57,816 nt of DNA, taken from assembly GCA_043799565.1 (NCBI GenBank), contig JAZDNP010000004.1, positions 1-57,816 of the forward strand. The letters are read 5' to 3'. The notes under the pieces were generated by a model. The model was not told the DNA's origin and did not search any database. It saw only the letters and a program-made list of their open reading frames with translations. The DNA comes from Candidatus Brennerbacteria bacterium. GTDB taxonomy: Bacteria > Patescibacteriota > Minisyncoccia > UBA6257 > GWB1-50-10. Position numbers and translations under genes: made by a program. Positions 7,555 to 18,011 of this stretch are shown here, in pieces. Every line of letters begins with the position of its first letter. The first letter of the stretch is position 1.

Positions 7555-7650
7555 GTTAGCTCCATTATATAGAAGCTTTACCAAAACAAAAACGCCCTCC
7601 CAGGCGCTATCCCTCGCTACGCTCGGGATGAATTTTAGCGGAGCTCAAAT

Positions 7651-8235
7651 TCACTTCTTCGTTTTGATAATCTCGTCTATGAGGCCGTACTGCTTTGCTT
7701 CTTCTGCGGTAAGGTAGAAGTCGCGGTCGGTGTCGCGCTCAATGCTCGAGAGTTTTTGCCCCGTGTGCTTCGCGAGAATCTGGTTCAGTTTGTCCTTGAT
7801 TTTTACGATGTGCTTTGCGGTAATCTCTATCTCGATTGCCTGACCCTCGGCACCGCCCATCACCTGGTGGAGAAGTATTTCGCAGTTCGGAAGCGCGAGG
7901 CGCTTGCCTTTTTTCCCTGCGGCGAGCAGAACCGCGCCCATGGATGCCGCCATGCCGACGCAGATGGTGGACACCGGGTTCTTCACATATTGCATCGCGT
8001 CGTAGATGGCGAGGCCCGCGGTTACAGAACCGCCCGGTGTGTTCACATATATTTTAATGTCCTTTTTCTGGTCCTCATGTTCCAAGAAGAGGAGTTGTGC
8101 GATAACCGCGTTCGCGACCACGTCGTTGATAGGGCCGCCGAGGAAAATGATGCGGTCCTTCAATAGGCGCGAATAGATGTCGTACGCGCGCTCACCGTAT
8201 CCAGTTTTTTCGATAACGGTAGGTATAAGGTTCAT
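7651..8235 (-). CDS. clpP: ATP-dependent Clp protease proteolytic subunit
   Basis: [22 protein letters not shown]...[19 protein letters not shown]...MGAAS-type motifs. Start trimmed to MNLIPTVIE. Confidence 0.9.
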   Translation of the reverse strand: MNLIPTVIEKTGYGERAYDIYSRLLKDRIIFLGGPINDVVANAVIAQLLFLEHEDQKKDIKIYVNTPGGSVTAGLAIYDAMQYVKNPVSTICVGMAASMGAVLLAAGKKGKRLALPNCEILLHQVMGGAEGQAIEIEITAKHIVKIKDKLNQILAKHTGQKLSSIERDTDRDFYLTAEEAKQYGLIDEIIKTKK

Positions 8236-8237
8236 CC

Positions 8238-8711
8238 CTAGTACCTTACCCATTCCACCTCTCTCGCGTCAAATGTTCCTACATTACGAACGTTTTCATC
8301 GCTCCGTACCATAACTGTGTCTCCTACTTTCAGGCTTGAAAAGGTTTGTGGGGTGCGAGAGGGGTTTCCTCGGGCGTCAAGCGAGGAATAATCGATGAGC
8401 GTAAACATAGTATTCGCCGTCACATTGACCGTCCGCGATTCCTTAGTGCGCGGGGAACCGTCAAGGTGAGGGAGATAGTCGTCAATGTTGTCAATTTCAA
8501 GCGTAAACGACGCACCGTAGGCGTTAGTAACGGTGCCGCCGAGCGACTGAATATTTAGAGATGGTTTAGGGAACGCGAGTTCAAGAAATGGGGCAAGTCT
8601 TTGCTCAACCGCCGCGCCGCCGCGCGCCGCGCCGATAAAATATCCCCCCGCGAGTCCGACAATAAGCCCTATAATCCCTACGGTGGCGAGTACATTCCGA
8701 TTGGTCTCCAT
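8238..8711 (-). CDS. hypothetical membrane-anchored protein
   Basis: Trimmed to [27 protein letters not shown] (one TM helix). No family recognised. Confidence 0.5.
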   Translation of the reverse strand: METNRNVLATVGIIGLIVGLAGGYFIGAARGGAAVEQRLAPFLELAFPKPSLNIQSLGGTVTNAYGASFTLEIDNIDDYLPHLDGSPRTKESRTVNVTANTMFTLIDYSSLDARGNPSRTPQTFSSLKVGDTVMVRSDENVRNVGTFDAREVEWVRY

Positions 8712-8806
8712 TGATTGGATTATACCACACGAAGAAGTAGCGGAGCGGTTGGGAGGCTTGTGGATAATCGGGTTTACGGAGAATGTGCTGTGATATAATA
8801 AAAGCA

Positions 8807-9964
8807 ATGAAAAATCCCTTGGCACGGAACCCGTTTTTCTATGTGAGTATCGTGTTTTCGCTCGCGCTCGGGTTTCAAGTGTACGGCATCGTGTCGGCGC
8901 AAACCAACTGGGTGGGGCCTACTGATGTGCCGCCCACAGCAAACGTTGCACAGCCACTCAACACAGGCGTGAGCCTACAGTACAAGTTGGGATCGTTCGG
9001 CGTCGGGAACGGGAACGAGAACCTCCTTTTAAAGGCAGCTTCGGGAGTAAGAGAGCTTTTTTTCACGGAGGGCGCAAACAATGCGGCGATCAAACTTGAT
9101 GGCACGACAGGGAAGCTCATGTTTCGCAACGCCGGCGAAGGGTTCAAAGAACTTGGCTCGGGCGGCGCGTTTTGGCAGACGGTAAGCGATGGGATTAAGT
9201 ACGATGGCGAAACTGCGCGGGCGAAAAATTTAGTGGCCGAGTCAGTCGTCACAAAAATCGACACTACCTATGCGTACATTTATTCCGGAACCATAGTGGG
9301 GCCTTCGTCGTCCTCCGACCACCCTCAAGGGTGGACTCCGAGACTCTTGTGCGACGGCGGAGTGATTCAGACTTCAGAATGTCCGGATGTGTATAGCGAT
9401 AATGTCACTGCAAGCTCTCCGAACGTTGCATATGATAACTATCTTGCACGCGTGTGTACAGGTAACCTAATAGGAAACTATCAATGTGGCAGCAAATATT
9501 ACGCGAAGGTATATAACAAAATAACCTCGCCGGCGGTTACCTATGTGACGGGCGGGGTCATTAAAGGGAGGGTAATGTCCTATCCATGGACGGGAGGTAG
9601 GCGAACCGTTTGCGTTGATGATACCGCCTCCGTCCGCCTAGTGAACGATGGCACGAGGGCTTATCTCGAGCTGGGAGGAAGAGGGCCCGGAGGCGAATGG
9701 ATGAATAATTGCTCTTACTCGCCTGCAATAAAGACCCCCACGTGGAAATGGGAAAACGTCTCGAACGGCGCAATGAAAATTTGCGTTGAATATGACAATG
9801 ACGGTATCGGTTTTTGGACGACTTGCAAATACGTGACCATCGGCGACCAGTCGAATGAAAACTTTATGTCTTACCAGATTGATGCCACCGAAGGCGAAAG
9901 AGATATATGGGTGACCTGGAGTTTAGAGGGCGCTCCGTTCGCTTTTTCAAGCTACGAGCCATAG
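8807..9964 (+). CDS. secreted hypothetical protein
   Basis: Signal/TM-like N-terminus MKNPLARNPFFYVSIVFSLALGFQVYGIVSA. Cys-rich C-terminal half. Followed by a terminator. Confidence 0.6.
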   Translation: MKNPLARNPFFYVSIVFSLALGFQVYGIVSAQTNWVGPTDVPPTANVAQPLNTGVSLQYKLGSFGVGNGNENLLLKAASGVRELFFTEGANNAAIKLDGTTGKLMFRNAGEGFKELGSGGAFWQTVSDGIKYDGETARAKNLVAESVVTKIDTTYAYIYSGTIVGPSSSSDHPQGWTPRLLCDGGVIQTSECPDVYSDNVTASSPNVAYDNYLARVCTGNLIGNYQCGSKYYAKVYNKITSPAVTYVTGGVIKGRVMSYPWTGGRRTVCVDDTASVRLVNDGTRAYLELGGRGPGGEWMNNCSYSPAIKTPTWKWENVSNGAMKICVEYDNDGIGFWTTCKYVTIGDQSNENFMSYQIDATEGERDIWVTWSLEGAPFAFSSYEP

Positions 9965-9971
9965 AGATTTT

Positions 9972-10003
9972 AAAAGCCGCCCTCGAGGGCGGCTTTTGTT
10001 TTT
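9972..10003 (+). terminator. rho-independent terminator
   Basis: AAAAGCCGCCCTC-GAG-GGCGGCTTTTGTTTTT. Confidence 0.75.
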
Positions 10004-10030
10004 CCGTAACGCCTCGCAAGATTTGATATA

Positions 10031-13000
10031 ATGGAGCTGATGAAAGGAATACGTCATCTTTTTCTCCTCACTATTCTCGCGGGGGTGGCGGGCGCCAGCG
10101 TGTGGTTGGGAGGGTATTTAGTAAAGGCGCAGACGTTGCCTGCAGTGCCCGATCTCCAAAGCGCAAATGCCATTTCGGCCTGCGCGGTAGAGCTTCGCTG
10201 GAACCAGCCAGACAGTGCAGATTATTTCAATTACTCAAGGAACAATTCAAACTCTTCCCTCGTCCCGAACGTTACGGGCGATGGAGCAAAATCGTTCACA
10301 CAAACTCAGCTTCTTCCCGCGCGGAGCTATGTCTATAAAGTGCAGGCGTGCCGGATAGTGGGCGGCACGGGCGGAAACTGCAGCGCATTTTCAAATACAC
10401 AGACCATTTCAACCCTCGCAATCGCGGAACCTCCCGCGACCCCGACCGACCTTCGCGTTGCGCGGTGGGAGTCAAACGGCAGTGCGGCGGTGCTTACTTG
10501 GACGCCCTCCGCAACGCCTCCAAACTCCGGTTTCCGAATTTTCCGTTCGGATGACGGCGGAAACACCTTTGTTCTCGTCACAAACGGGACTATTCCGCTG
10601 AAAAGTTTTCAAGACAATCGGAGTGAGTTTCGCGATGCGGTTTCCACCGACGTATTCCATATTTACAAAATTGCAACGTATCAGACCGATGCCTCATGTG
10701 CTCCCGTTACGAGCGATACGCCTGACGAAAATATCGTGGCGGGACCGGTGCCGGCATATGTGCGGTTCTCTCCGCTCTCCCCGGATTTTGTTGTGCCCCC
10801 ACGGCCCGCATCGGTTTCAGTAAAAGAGGCCAGCAACGATCGGACGAGGGTGAATTTTGAATGGAGCAACGTGGAGGGAGAAAACGCTTTTCAGTTCGAA
10901 ATGTCCGAGTTTGAGGATTTTAGAACACTGGCAACGCCGAATGGGCAGCCCATCGTGAAAAATCAAAACGTTTTGCAAACCGGTTTTTTCACGGTTCAAG
11001 CGCGAAAGGCGCTCCACTATCGTATACGCGCCTGCACCGCCGTGGGATGTTCGGAATATCGCAGGAGTATAGAGCCGTACGTGAGTGGATTCGTTGGTCC
11101 GAGTGAATTGTCCGCTTCCGTAGTGCCGCATGGCGCGAGCGCTGCAGATGTCAGGCTTTCATGGCGCGACTTCGCTGATTACTATCACCGTACGCGCATC
11201 TATCGGAAACTTTCCACCGAGGCGAATTTTCCCGCGATTCCACTTGCGGAACTTCCCGGTTCAGGCTGTTTTGGTAGTCCAATAACGTGTGATTCTTACC
11301 CCGTTTCGTATACCGACGCAAACCTTTCCCTCGGAAACCGAACCTATGAGTATCAGGTCAAATTTCTCGTACTCCCCGCCGCCACTGAGGAAAGTGAGCC
11401 GTCAAAAACCGAGTCGGCAAACTTAAACCTCACTTTTCTCAATCAGTGGGGATGGGCGAACGTGGGTGATGTTCGCGCGAGCACTCCCATTACTGAAATG
11501 CAGTGGGTGGGCGTTACGAGTGCCGGCAATCCGAGAGAAAGTTGCGAGGCGTGGCTTGCGAGGACGGGCCAGTGGAGCCCAGGCGGGGAACTTCCTCGCG
11601 TGAGAGACCTTACGCCGGGGCGGAGCAACCCCCCCGATGCGGGCAAGTGCATCTATATTACGAGCGACCGCTCTTTACTGAGCCCGAGGATTTTTCCTTC
11701 CAATGACGCATCGCGGGATTATTCGCCCGCAAGCGATTACGTGGGCTCTATCGGCGAATATGTGACCGAGGTTCGGCGCGATGTGGTAGTAGGACAGGAA
11801 GAGTCCGTTGTCGGTTATCTTGGCATCGGATGGATACGGTCCGCCTACGACGCGGTGAAGTCGGCGTGGGGCATTTCCGCGGAACCTCCAGACAGCCAGT
11901 CTTATGGCGTTGCGGTAGATGGGAGCGGGAAAATTTCCGGCCACGCGTGGACTCCGAATGGCGGGTGGCTCTCATTCAATAACGCCGAATTGGAAGGATG
12001 TCCGCAGATTCCCGGCGCGGAAGCGCCATGTGAGGCACGCATAAATCTTGTCACGGGGGCGGTTTCCGGGTGGGCGAAGTTTATAGGATGGGGTTCATCG
12101 GATGGATGGGTCAGTTTGTCCGCGAAGTCGGGAGAGCCCGCGTACGGACTCATATATGTGATGACCGACTGGAGCCCAACGACGAGAGTATTAACCGGGC
12201 AAGCGTGGGGCGGTGAAGTAACGGGTTGGCTCTCCTTCGGTGACTACGTGCCGCCTCTCCCGGCGCCAATATTGCGCGTGACATCGCCAACCGAAACTTC
12301 ACTTACCTTGGAATGGGATAATCCTGTGGATTATGAAAAAGTGGCGGTCAGTTATAAGCGTTCGAACGTAACAAATTTCGGTTCCTTGCCAGGAAGCGAC
12401 ATTACGGAGTCCTCTCTTGTCTCCCAAGGCCAAAACAAAAGATTCATTGTACCTGACCTTACATCCAATACTTCCTATGATTTCTTTTTGAGGGGGACGA
12501 AGGGGAGTGAAACCTCCGTTTCGAATATTGCGTCCGGTTCCACGCTCGCGCCAGGTCAGGCGGCCGGATATACCTTCATCTGCCGCGCGAACGGCACCAC
12601 CTCCACGCTCCTTTTGTGGGTTGGGCCGACCGAAAATGTGCGTGGACTTTCAATCTTGCATGGGGCGAGCTCAAGCACGCTCGGCGCGCTTGCAACCCCG
12701 AATCCCGGGAGCGGCTCCATGAACGTAGCGGTGTCTGCGAACGCCACGCGTTACTACCAGCTTGAGGTGGATTACCAGACCGGGCTCGACGTGCGCGTGC
12801 CGCGCGACGGTCCCATTTCATGCACCACACTTGCTCAGATACCACAAAACCCCGAAGGGCTTCAGGTAACACCGCTTGGTCCATCCTCGCTCTATGTAAC
12901 ATGGAAAGACAACGCGACCCGGCCTCACAACTTTGTGTTGGAGCGCATCAAAGTAACGCCGGCGGTCTCAACCGATGTAACGGCGACGAGGAATGGAAAT

Positions 13001-13891
13001 CGCGTAGATCTTTCGTGGAGAAATACTACAAACGATCAGACGTTCCGGAGCCCCTATTACCACAAAATAGAGCGGAGCACAGACATAAATCCTACCTCGC
13101 GTTTCACTGCGGATGATGGGAGCTATCGCACATTTGACGTAGCGTTCTCCGAGGACAGGAACTACAATGCGGCAACGAAGAAGACTACATATCAATGGCC
13201 CGATGCGGCTCCGCCCGCGAGTCCTGTGTATTATCTCGTGAGAGCGTGTTCGCTTATCAAGGTGGATTACGACGGGAACGGTTCGCTGGACGATGTGTGC
13301 ACCGAAGGATACCCACAAGGAGAAGGTGCAGTGGCTTCTGCGGTCTCCGCGCCTTCCGGACGGGTTGCATCGTTCATTGGTGCCGCGAAGGATATGGTGA
13401 GTAATATCGCGTGGAGAATGACGCAGGCCATCTCTCGCATCGCGGACAGGGTATTAGCGCAGAAGGTGCCGGAGAAGTTCGTGACGATCGTGGACGGTGC
13501 GGAGGTAAACCTGAACCTTTATTTTGGACAGTTCCGTGCGGGGACCGGGGGAGTGCTCTCATTTGGAACGAATCCCGGCGTCTATCGCGACAACAATCTT
13601 GTACCGAACTCGGTCTACCTCTATCGCGCAAAAGCAACGTACACGGATACGGCGAGGGGAGAGACCTCATATACGAATGAAGGCGCCGCGAAGACGTTGA
13701 GAGAAAGCGTTGGTCCGCCTGCCCAACCGATCTCGGTTCTCGTCTGCATCCGCAACAACCTCTGCGGATCTATCGAGGGGACGAAAGTTTTCCAGCCTGG
13801 AGTAGGTTTTATTTCTCCTACAAACCAATGCAATACGAACGCGGACTGTAGGAATGTCGGTACCACCCGCCAATTCTTTGAGGAGCAATAA
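10031..13891 (+). CDS. giant secreted surface protein (1286 aa) with fibronectin-III-like repeats
   Basis: N-terminal TM/signal. Repeated motif (L/V)xWxxP...(Y/F)x(I/V)xR and Y.YKV/YRIRAC beta-sandwich-like units. GWLSF-type motifs. Confidence 0.7.
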   Translation: MELMKGIRHLFLLTILAGVAGASVWLGGYLVKAQTLPAVPDLQSANAISACAVELRWNQPDSADYFNYSRNNSNSSLVPNVTGDGAKSFTQTQLLPARSYVYKVQACRIVGGTGGNCSAFSNTQTISTLAIAEPPATPTDLRVARWESNGSAAVLTWTPSATPPNSGFRIFRSDDGGNTFVLVTNGTIPLKSFQDNRSEFRDAVSTDVFHIYKIATYQTDASCAPVTSDTPDENIVAGPVPAYVRFSPLSPDFVVPPRPASVSVKEASNDRTRVNFEWSNVEGENAFQFEMSEFEDFRTLATPNGQPIVKNQNVLQTGFFTVQARKALHYRIRACTAVGCSEYRRSIEPYVSGFVGPSELSASVVPHGASAADVRLSWRDFADYYHRTRIYRKLSTEANFPAIPLAELPGSGCFGSPITCDSYPVSYTDANLSLGNRTYEYQVKFLVLPAATEESEPSKTESANLNLTFLNQWGWANVGDVRASTPITEMQWVGVTSAGNPRESCEAWLARTGQWSPGGELPRVRDLTPGRSNPPDAGKCIYITSDRSLLSPRIFPSNDASRDYSPASDYVGSIGEYVTEVRRDVVVGQEESVVGYLGIGWIRSAYDAVKSAWGISAEPPDSQSYGVAVDGSGKISGHAWTPNGGWLSFNNAELEGCPQIPGAEAPCEARINLVTGAVSGWAKFIGWGSSDGWVSLSAKSGEPAYGLIYVMTDWSPTTRVLTGQAWGGEVTGWLSFGDYVPPLPAPILRVTSPTETSLTLEWDNPVDYEKVAVSYKRSNVTNFGSLPGSDITESSLVSQGQNKRFIVPDLTSNTSYDFFLRGTKGSETSVSNIASGSTLAPGQAAGYTFICRANGTTSTLLLWVGPTENVRGLSILHGASSSTLGALATPNPGSGSMNVAVSANATRYYQLEVDYQTGLDVRVPRDGPISCTTLAQIPQNPEGLQVTPLGPSSLYVTWKDNATRPHNFVLERIKVTPAVSTDVTATRNGNRVDLSWRNTTNDQTFRSPYYHKIERSTDINPTSRFTADDGSYRTFDVAFSEDRNYNAATKKTTYQWPDAAPPASPVYYLVRACSLIKVDYDGNGSLDDVCTEGYPQGEGAVASAVSAPSGRVASFIGAAKDMVSNIAWRMTQAISRIADRVLAQKVPEKFVTIVDGAEVNLNLYFGQFRAGTGGVLSFGTNPGVYRDNNLVPNSVYLYRAKATYTDTARGETSYTNEGAAKTLRESVGPPAQPISVLVCIRNNLCGSIEGTKVFQPGVGFISPTNQCNTNADCRNVGTTRQFFEEQ

Positions 13892-13895
13892 GTTT

Positions 13896-13922
13896 AAAAA
13901 GCCGCTCCAAGAGCGGCTTTTT
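13896..13922 (+). terminator. rho-independent terminator
   Basis: AAAAAGCCGCTC-CAA-GAGCGGCTTTTT. Confidence 0.75.
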
Positions 13923-13963
13923 GTCGGTCAAACTTGACACGCGGTTTATTCGCTGTCGTAATA

Positions 13964-13993
13964 TTGACTTTCACCCCAATTTCGTGGTATAAT
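13964..13993 (+). promoter_or_regulatory. sigma70-like promoter (TTGACT, 18-nt spacer, TGgTATAAT)
   Basis: TTGACT at 13964-13969 and TATAAT at 13988-13993 with an upstream TG. GAAGGAG RBS precedes the ATG at 14045. Confidence 0.5.
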
Positions 13994-14044
13994 ATATCCA
14001 GCGTTGAGATTTAACATCCACTAAACAATTGAAGGAGTACGGTC

Positions 14045-15379
14045 ATGAAAAGGCTCGTGGTGCTTTGGCTTGCATTCGCAAGCATCGTGCCCGCCTTTTC
14101 TGTGCGGGCGCAGGAAATATCAAAGGCTGCAGTGGTCACCAGCGTGAGGAAAGTGTTCCCCGAGTCAGTGAGGGTCGGCATCGGCAGTATCATCTTCACG
14201 TCCCGGGGATATATGTTCGCAGGCGCGGGACCAGGCGGCTACGTATGGCGCTCGTCCGATTTCGGAAATACCTGGAAGAAGCTTACGAGCGGTATCGGCG
14301 GGTGGGCTATGGTGAGCGAACTCATTGAAACCGATTCGGGAAGCATTCTCGCGGGAAATCCCGACGGCGTCTATCGTTCCACCGACAACGGCGATCACTG
14401 GAAAGGCGTGGTACTTGATGAAGACATTTCCTCCGAGTTTGTAAAGAATCGGAATGGCGATATTTTCGTGGGTACCGGAAATGCCGCAAAGCCCCTCTAT
14501 CGTTCAACGGACGAGGGGAGGACATGGACCCTGCTTGCGGAAGGAATTCTCGACAGCTCCCGCGTTCAGGGACTCTGCATCTCGCAGGAAGGTTGGCTCT
14601 ATTTTGGCGCAGGAGGCTTTATGCCGACACTTCCTTATGAACGAGGCGAAGGCATGTTCCTTTCCACCGACAACGGCGCGACATGGAGGGTCATCAACAA
14701 TGGTCTTCCGGTGGTGAGCGGACAGATTCCTATCTGGCCCGTGGCAACCGGTCAGAGCGGTTACCGATATGTCGGAGTGCTGACGAAGGGCATCTATCGC
14801 TCCACCGACTACGGTGAATCGTGGCAGGAGTCGAACGGTGACAACGCCGAACGATATCCCACGGCGCTTCACGTGTCGCGTGAAGGATATGTCTTCGCGG
14901 GATTTGACAATGCGTGGCCCGGTAAAGGAGGGGTGTATCTCTCTCTTGATCGCGGGAATTCATGGCGTTATATCGGAATGAAAGGCATGGGAATTATTTG
15001 GGCGCTCGCGTTCTCTGCCGATTCCAGCTGTCTCTTTGTGGGGACACACCAAGACGGTGTCTGGAGGATTGATCTCAACCTCGTCACGAAAGTGGAGGAG
15101 GTGAGCGATGTCCCAAGTGCGTTCGCGCTTCTAGAGAATTATCCGAACCCCTTCAATCCTTCTACGACCATTGAGTTCACGCTTCCCGAAAGAGCGCTCA
15201 TCACTCTCACAGTGATGAATCTTCTCGGACAGGAAGTCGCGACGCTGGTCAACGAGGAAGTTTCGGCCGGCACCCACCAAGCAACGTGGAATGCTTCCGA
15301 ACTTCCGAGCGGCGTCCACTTCGCCCGCATTGAAGCCAAAAACTTCGTTGCGACGAGGAAGATGGTCCTGCTCCGCTAA
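14045..15379 (+). CDS. secreted BNR/Asp-box beta-propeller protein with a T9SS-type (Por) C-terminal sorting domain
   Basis: Six SxDxGxTW-like boxes (SSDFGNTW, STDNGDHW, STDEGRTW, STDNGATW, STDYGESW, SLDRGNSW). C-terminus LENYPNPFNPSTTIEF...GVHFARIEAKNFVATRKMVLLR. Confidence 0.7.
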   Translation: MKRLVVLWLAFASIVPAFSVRAQEISKAAVVTSVRKVFPESVRVGIGSIIFTSRGYMFAGAGPGGYVWRSSDFGNTWKKLTSGIGGWAMVSELIETDSGSILAGNPDGVYRSTDNGDHWKGVVLDEDISSEFVKNRNGDIFVGTGNAAKPLYRSTDEGRTWTLLAEGILDSSRVQGLCISQEGWLYFGAGGFMPTLPYERGEGMFLSTDNGATWRVINNGLPVVSGQIPIWPVATGQSGYRYVGVLTKGIYRSTDYGESWQESNGDNAERYPTALHVSREGYVFAGFDNAWPGKGGVYLSLDRGNSWRYIGMKGMGIIWALAFSADSSCLFVGTHQDGVWRIDLNLVTKVEEVSDVPSAFALLENYPNPFNPSTTIEFTLPERALITLTVMNLLGQEVATLVNEEVSAGTHQATWNASELPSGVHFARIEAKNFVATRKMVLLR

Positions 15380-15429
15380 CGCGGACGGACAAGTCGCTCA
15401 TGAAGTAGTAGATTCATTATTCATGTTTC

Positions 15430-15461
15430 AAAAGCCCCGTGCAGTAATGCGGGGCTTTTTG
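15430..15461 (+). terminator. rho-independent terminator
   Basis: AGCCCCG-loop-CGGGGCT followed by TTTTTG. Confidence 0.65.
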
Positions 15462-15523
15462 TTGCGCACGCGCCTTGTTTTCCGTTATAACTAGTGGAAA
15501 CATCGGCGGAGGGCCGCTTTTTT

Positions 15524-17287
15524 ATGTCTATGGGGAAAAATAAAAGCCCGGTGAAACGCATACTCGTCCTCATGAAAGGCCAGGGGAAAATGGTCGCGGT
15601 TTTGCTGTTTCTCATTATCGTCGTGACCGCGCTCGACCTCGTGGTTCCCATCATCTCACAACGGCTTATCGACACACTCATCGGCTTTTTCCAGAATGGA
15701 GGCACTCCTCCCACGCGCGCCCTCTTCCTCGCGGTCGCGGGCATCCTCGCCGCCACCATCGCGGGTCGCGCCGTTTCCTCGACATACAACTACCAACTTT
15801 TCAAGACAGTGACGAAGACGGAGGACGCCCTGAAGCACCGCGCGTTCGAAAAATACCTTACCCTCCACGCGCTCTTCCACCACGGGTCTTCGAGCGGTCA
15901 GATGATCGGGAGGTTGGAACGCGGCGCATCCGCGGTCTACTCCATTCTCCACGATGTCGTGGGGCATAACCTCCTCCGACCGCTTATGGTTTTCACGGGC
16001 GTCATTATCGTGCTCCTCTTCAAGAATCCCCTGATCGCGCTCATTGTATTTCTCCCCCTCCCCATCTATGTGTTCCTTGTGAAGCGGCTCTCGAATCGGA
16101 TTTACGAGGTGGAGAAGCGGGCGAATCGGGAATTCGAGGCGGTCGCGAAGGAATCGTACGACGCGGCGTCGAACGTGCTCACCGTGAAAAAGTTTTCACA
16201 GGAAAGTGCTGAAACGAAGACCCAGGTCCGGCTTCAGACGAAGGCACGCGAAACGCAGTACCGCGCCGAGCGCATCTGGACATTGATTGAGAACACGCAA
16301 ACGGCCATCGCGACCATCGGCCGCACTGCGGTCATTCTCCTTGGTGGGTTCCTCGTGCTCCAAGGGAAAAGCACCATCGGCGAACTTGTGCTCTTCATCT
16401 CGCTTCAAAACATGGCCTATGACCCCCTAGGTCGGCTCGCCGTGCTTTTTCCGCGCCTCCGCAGGAACACCGCGCGCGCCGAGCGAATTTTCCAGATTCT
16501 TGACGAACCCGTGCAGGTGACCGACGCGCCGAATGCCGAACCCCTTTCACCGCTCTCGCACGAAATCTCTTTCCGCCACGTGTGGTTTCGCTACGGCGAG
16601 GGAAGGAGTTGGGCGCTCAAGGACATCAACCTGACCGTTCCAGTGCGGACGACGGTGGCGCTCGTGGGGCGTTCGGGAAGCGGCAAGACCACATTTGCAA
16701 ACCTCCTTATGCGTTCATTCGACCCGGTGCGGGGCTCGATCGCGATTGATGGGCATGACCTTAGAGACGCGACGCAGAGGAGCTTGCGGGAGCAGATCGC
16801 TGTGGTGCCGCAGGAGGTGGACCTTTTCTCGCGGACCATTGCGAAGAACATCTCCTACGGGCGCCGGCGAGTTTCTCATGCGCAGATCAAAACGGCGGCG
16901 CGGACCGCGCTCGCACACGATTTCATCATGAAAGCGGAGCGTGGCTACCGAACGATGGTGGGGGAACGCGGCATCAAGCTTTCCGGCGGTGAGCGCCAGC
17001 GAATCGGTATCGCCCGGGCGGTTCTCCGCGACCCGCACATTCTCATCCTCGACGAGGCGACGAGCCACTTGGACACCGAGAGTGAGCGCCTCATCCGCGA
17101 GGCGACCGATGCCCTCATTAAGAACCGGACTTCCTTCATCATCGCGCACCGTCTTTCGACCGTGCTCCACGCCGACCTCATCCTTGTGTTCGACAATGGA
17201 AGTATCGAGGCAATGGGAACGCACGCGGAACTTTTAAAAAAGAGCCCCACCTATAAACGTCTCCACGATCTCCAGTTCGCGAACTAA
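15524..17287 (+). CDS. ABC transporter, fused permease/ATPase (MsbA-like exporter)
   Basis: Walker A GRSGSGKTT, signature LSGGERQR, Walker B ILILDEATS, six-TM N-terminal half. Start trimmed to an ATG (the track start is GTG). Confidence 0.85.
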   Translation: MSMGKNKSPVKRILVLMKGQGKMVAVLLFLIIVVTALDLVVPIISQRLIDTLIGFFQNGGTPPTRALFLAVAGILAATIAGRAVSSTYNYQLFKTVTKTEDALKHRAFEKYLTLHALFHHGSSSGQMIGRLERGASAVYSILHDVVGHNLLRPLMVFTGVIIVLLFKNPLIALIVFLPLPIYVFLVKRLSNRIYEVEKRANREFEAVAKESYDAASNVLTVKKFSQESAETKTQVRLQTKARETQYRAERIWTLIENTQTAIATIGRTAVILLGGFLVLQGKSTIGELVLFISLQNMAYDPLGRLAVLFPRLRRNTARAERIFQILDEPVQVTDAPNAEPLSPLSHEISFRHVWFRYGEGRSWALKDINLTVPVRTTVALVGRSGSGKTTFANLLMRSFDPVRGSIAIDGHDLRDATQRSLREQIAVVPQEVDLFSRTIAKNISYGRRRVSHAQIKTAARTALAHDFIMKAERGYRTMVGERGIKLSGGERQRIGIARAVLRDPHILILDEATSHLDTESERLIREATDALIKNRTSFIIAHRLSTVLHADLILVFDNGSIEAMGTHAELLKKSPTYKRLHDLQFAN

Positions 17288-17297
17288 GCTTCTCGCG

Positions 17298-17951
17298 CTA
17301 CGCCTTTGCGAAGACGAGGGCGGTGATGTGGCGGGCGCCTGAGGATTTCAGTACACGTGTGGCTTCCGCAAGCGTGGCGCCCGAGGTTGTGACGTCGTCT
17401 ACAAGGAGGATATTGTTCCCGCGGACGGATTGTATGTCCGAAACCTCAAAACAGTTCGCCACGTTTTTCTTCCGCGCCTCATAGTCGGGTCTCTCCGTCT
17501 GTGTTTCCGTCTGGCGGACTCGTTGCAACGCCGAAACGAGCGGAACGTGTCGGAATGGTTCATGGTGCTGCAATGCCTCCGCAAAAAGCACGCTTTGATT
17601 GAATCCGCGTTCCCGTTCACGCTTCGGATGGAGTGGTATCGGCGCCATACGCCAGTCGTTATTGGTGAGAAATTCATGTTCCAACGCGTCACGAGTTGCC
17701 GCCGCAGTAATAAGCGCGAGCGTGGATGCAGCTCTTTTGTTGCCGCCGTATTTGAGGGCTTTTATCAACGCCTGCGCTTCGGGTGACCCATACAAAGTTG
17801 CCGCAATGAGCGTGTAGGGAAGTTTAGGGTTGTGGAGGCATAATCCAAAACGCGGAATTCGTGAGATGCACGAGGCACAGAGCGTTTCGCCTCCGGCATC
17901 AAGAAAATCGCCGCATGCGACACAGAGCGAAGGAAAAAGCGTTTCAAGCAT
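17298..17951 (-). CDS. comF: ComF family protein (phosphoribosyltransferase domain)
   Basis: N-terminal Cys pairs CVACGD...CASC and C-terminal ILLVDDVTTSGATL PRTase motif. Start trimmed to MLETLFP, because the track extension runs into the repeat element. Confidence 0.75.
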   Translation of the reverse strand: MLETLFPSLCVACGDFLDAGGETLCASCISRIPRFGLCLHNPKLPYTLIAATLYGSPEAQALIKALKYGGNKRAASTLALITAAATRDALEHEFLTNNDWRMAPIPLHPKRERERGFNQSVLFAEALQHHEPFRHVPLVSALQRVRQTETQTERPDYEARKKNVANCFEVSDIQSVRGNNILLVDDVTTSGATLAEATRVLKSSGARHITALVFAKA

Positions 17952-18011
17952 TACGTGCCACCACGAATACATACATATATATAGTAGCGCGCACGTGTTA
18001 GAATGGGTGTA

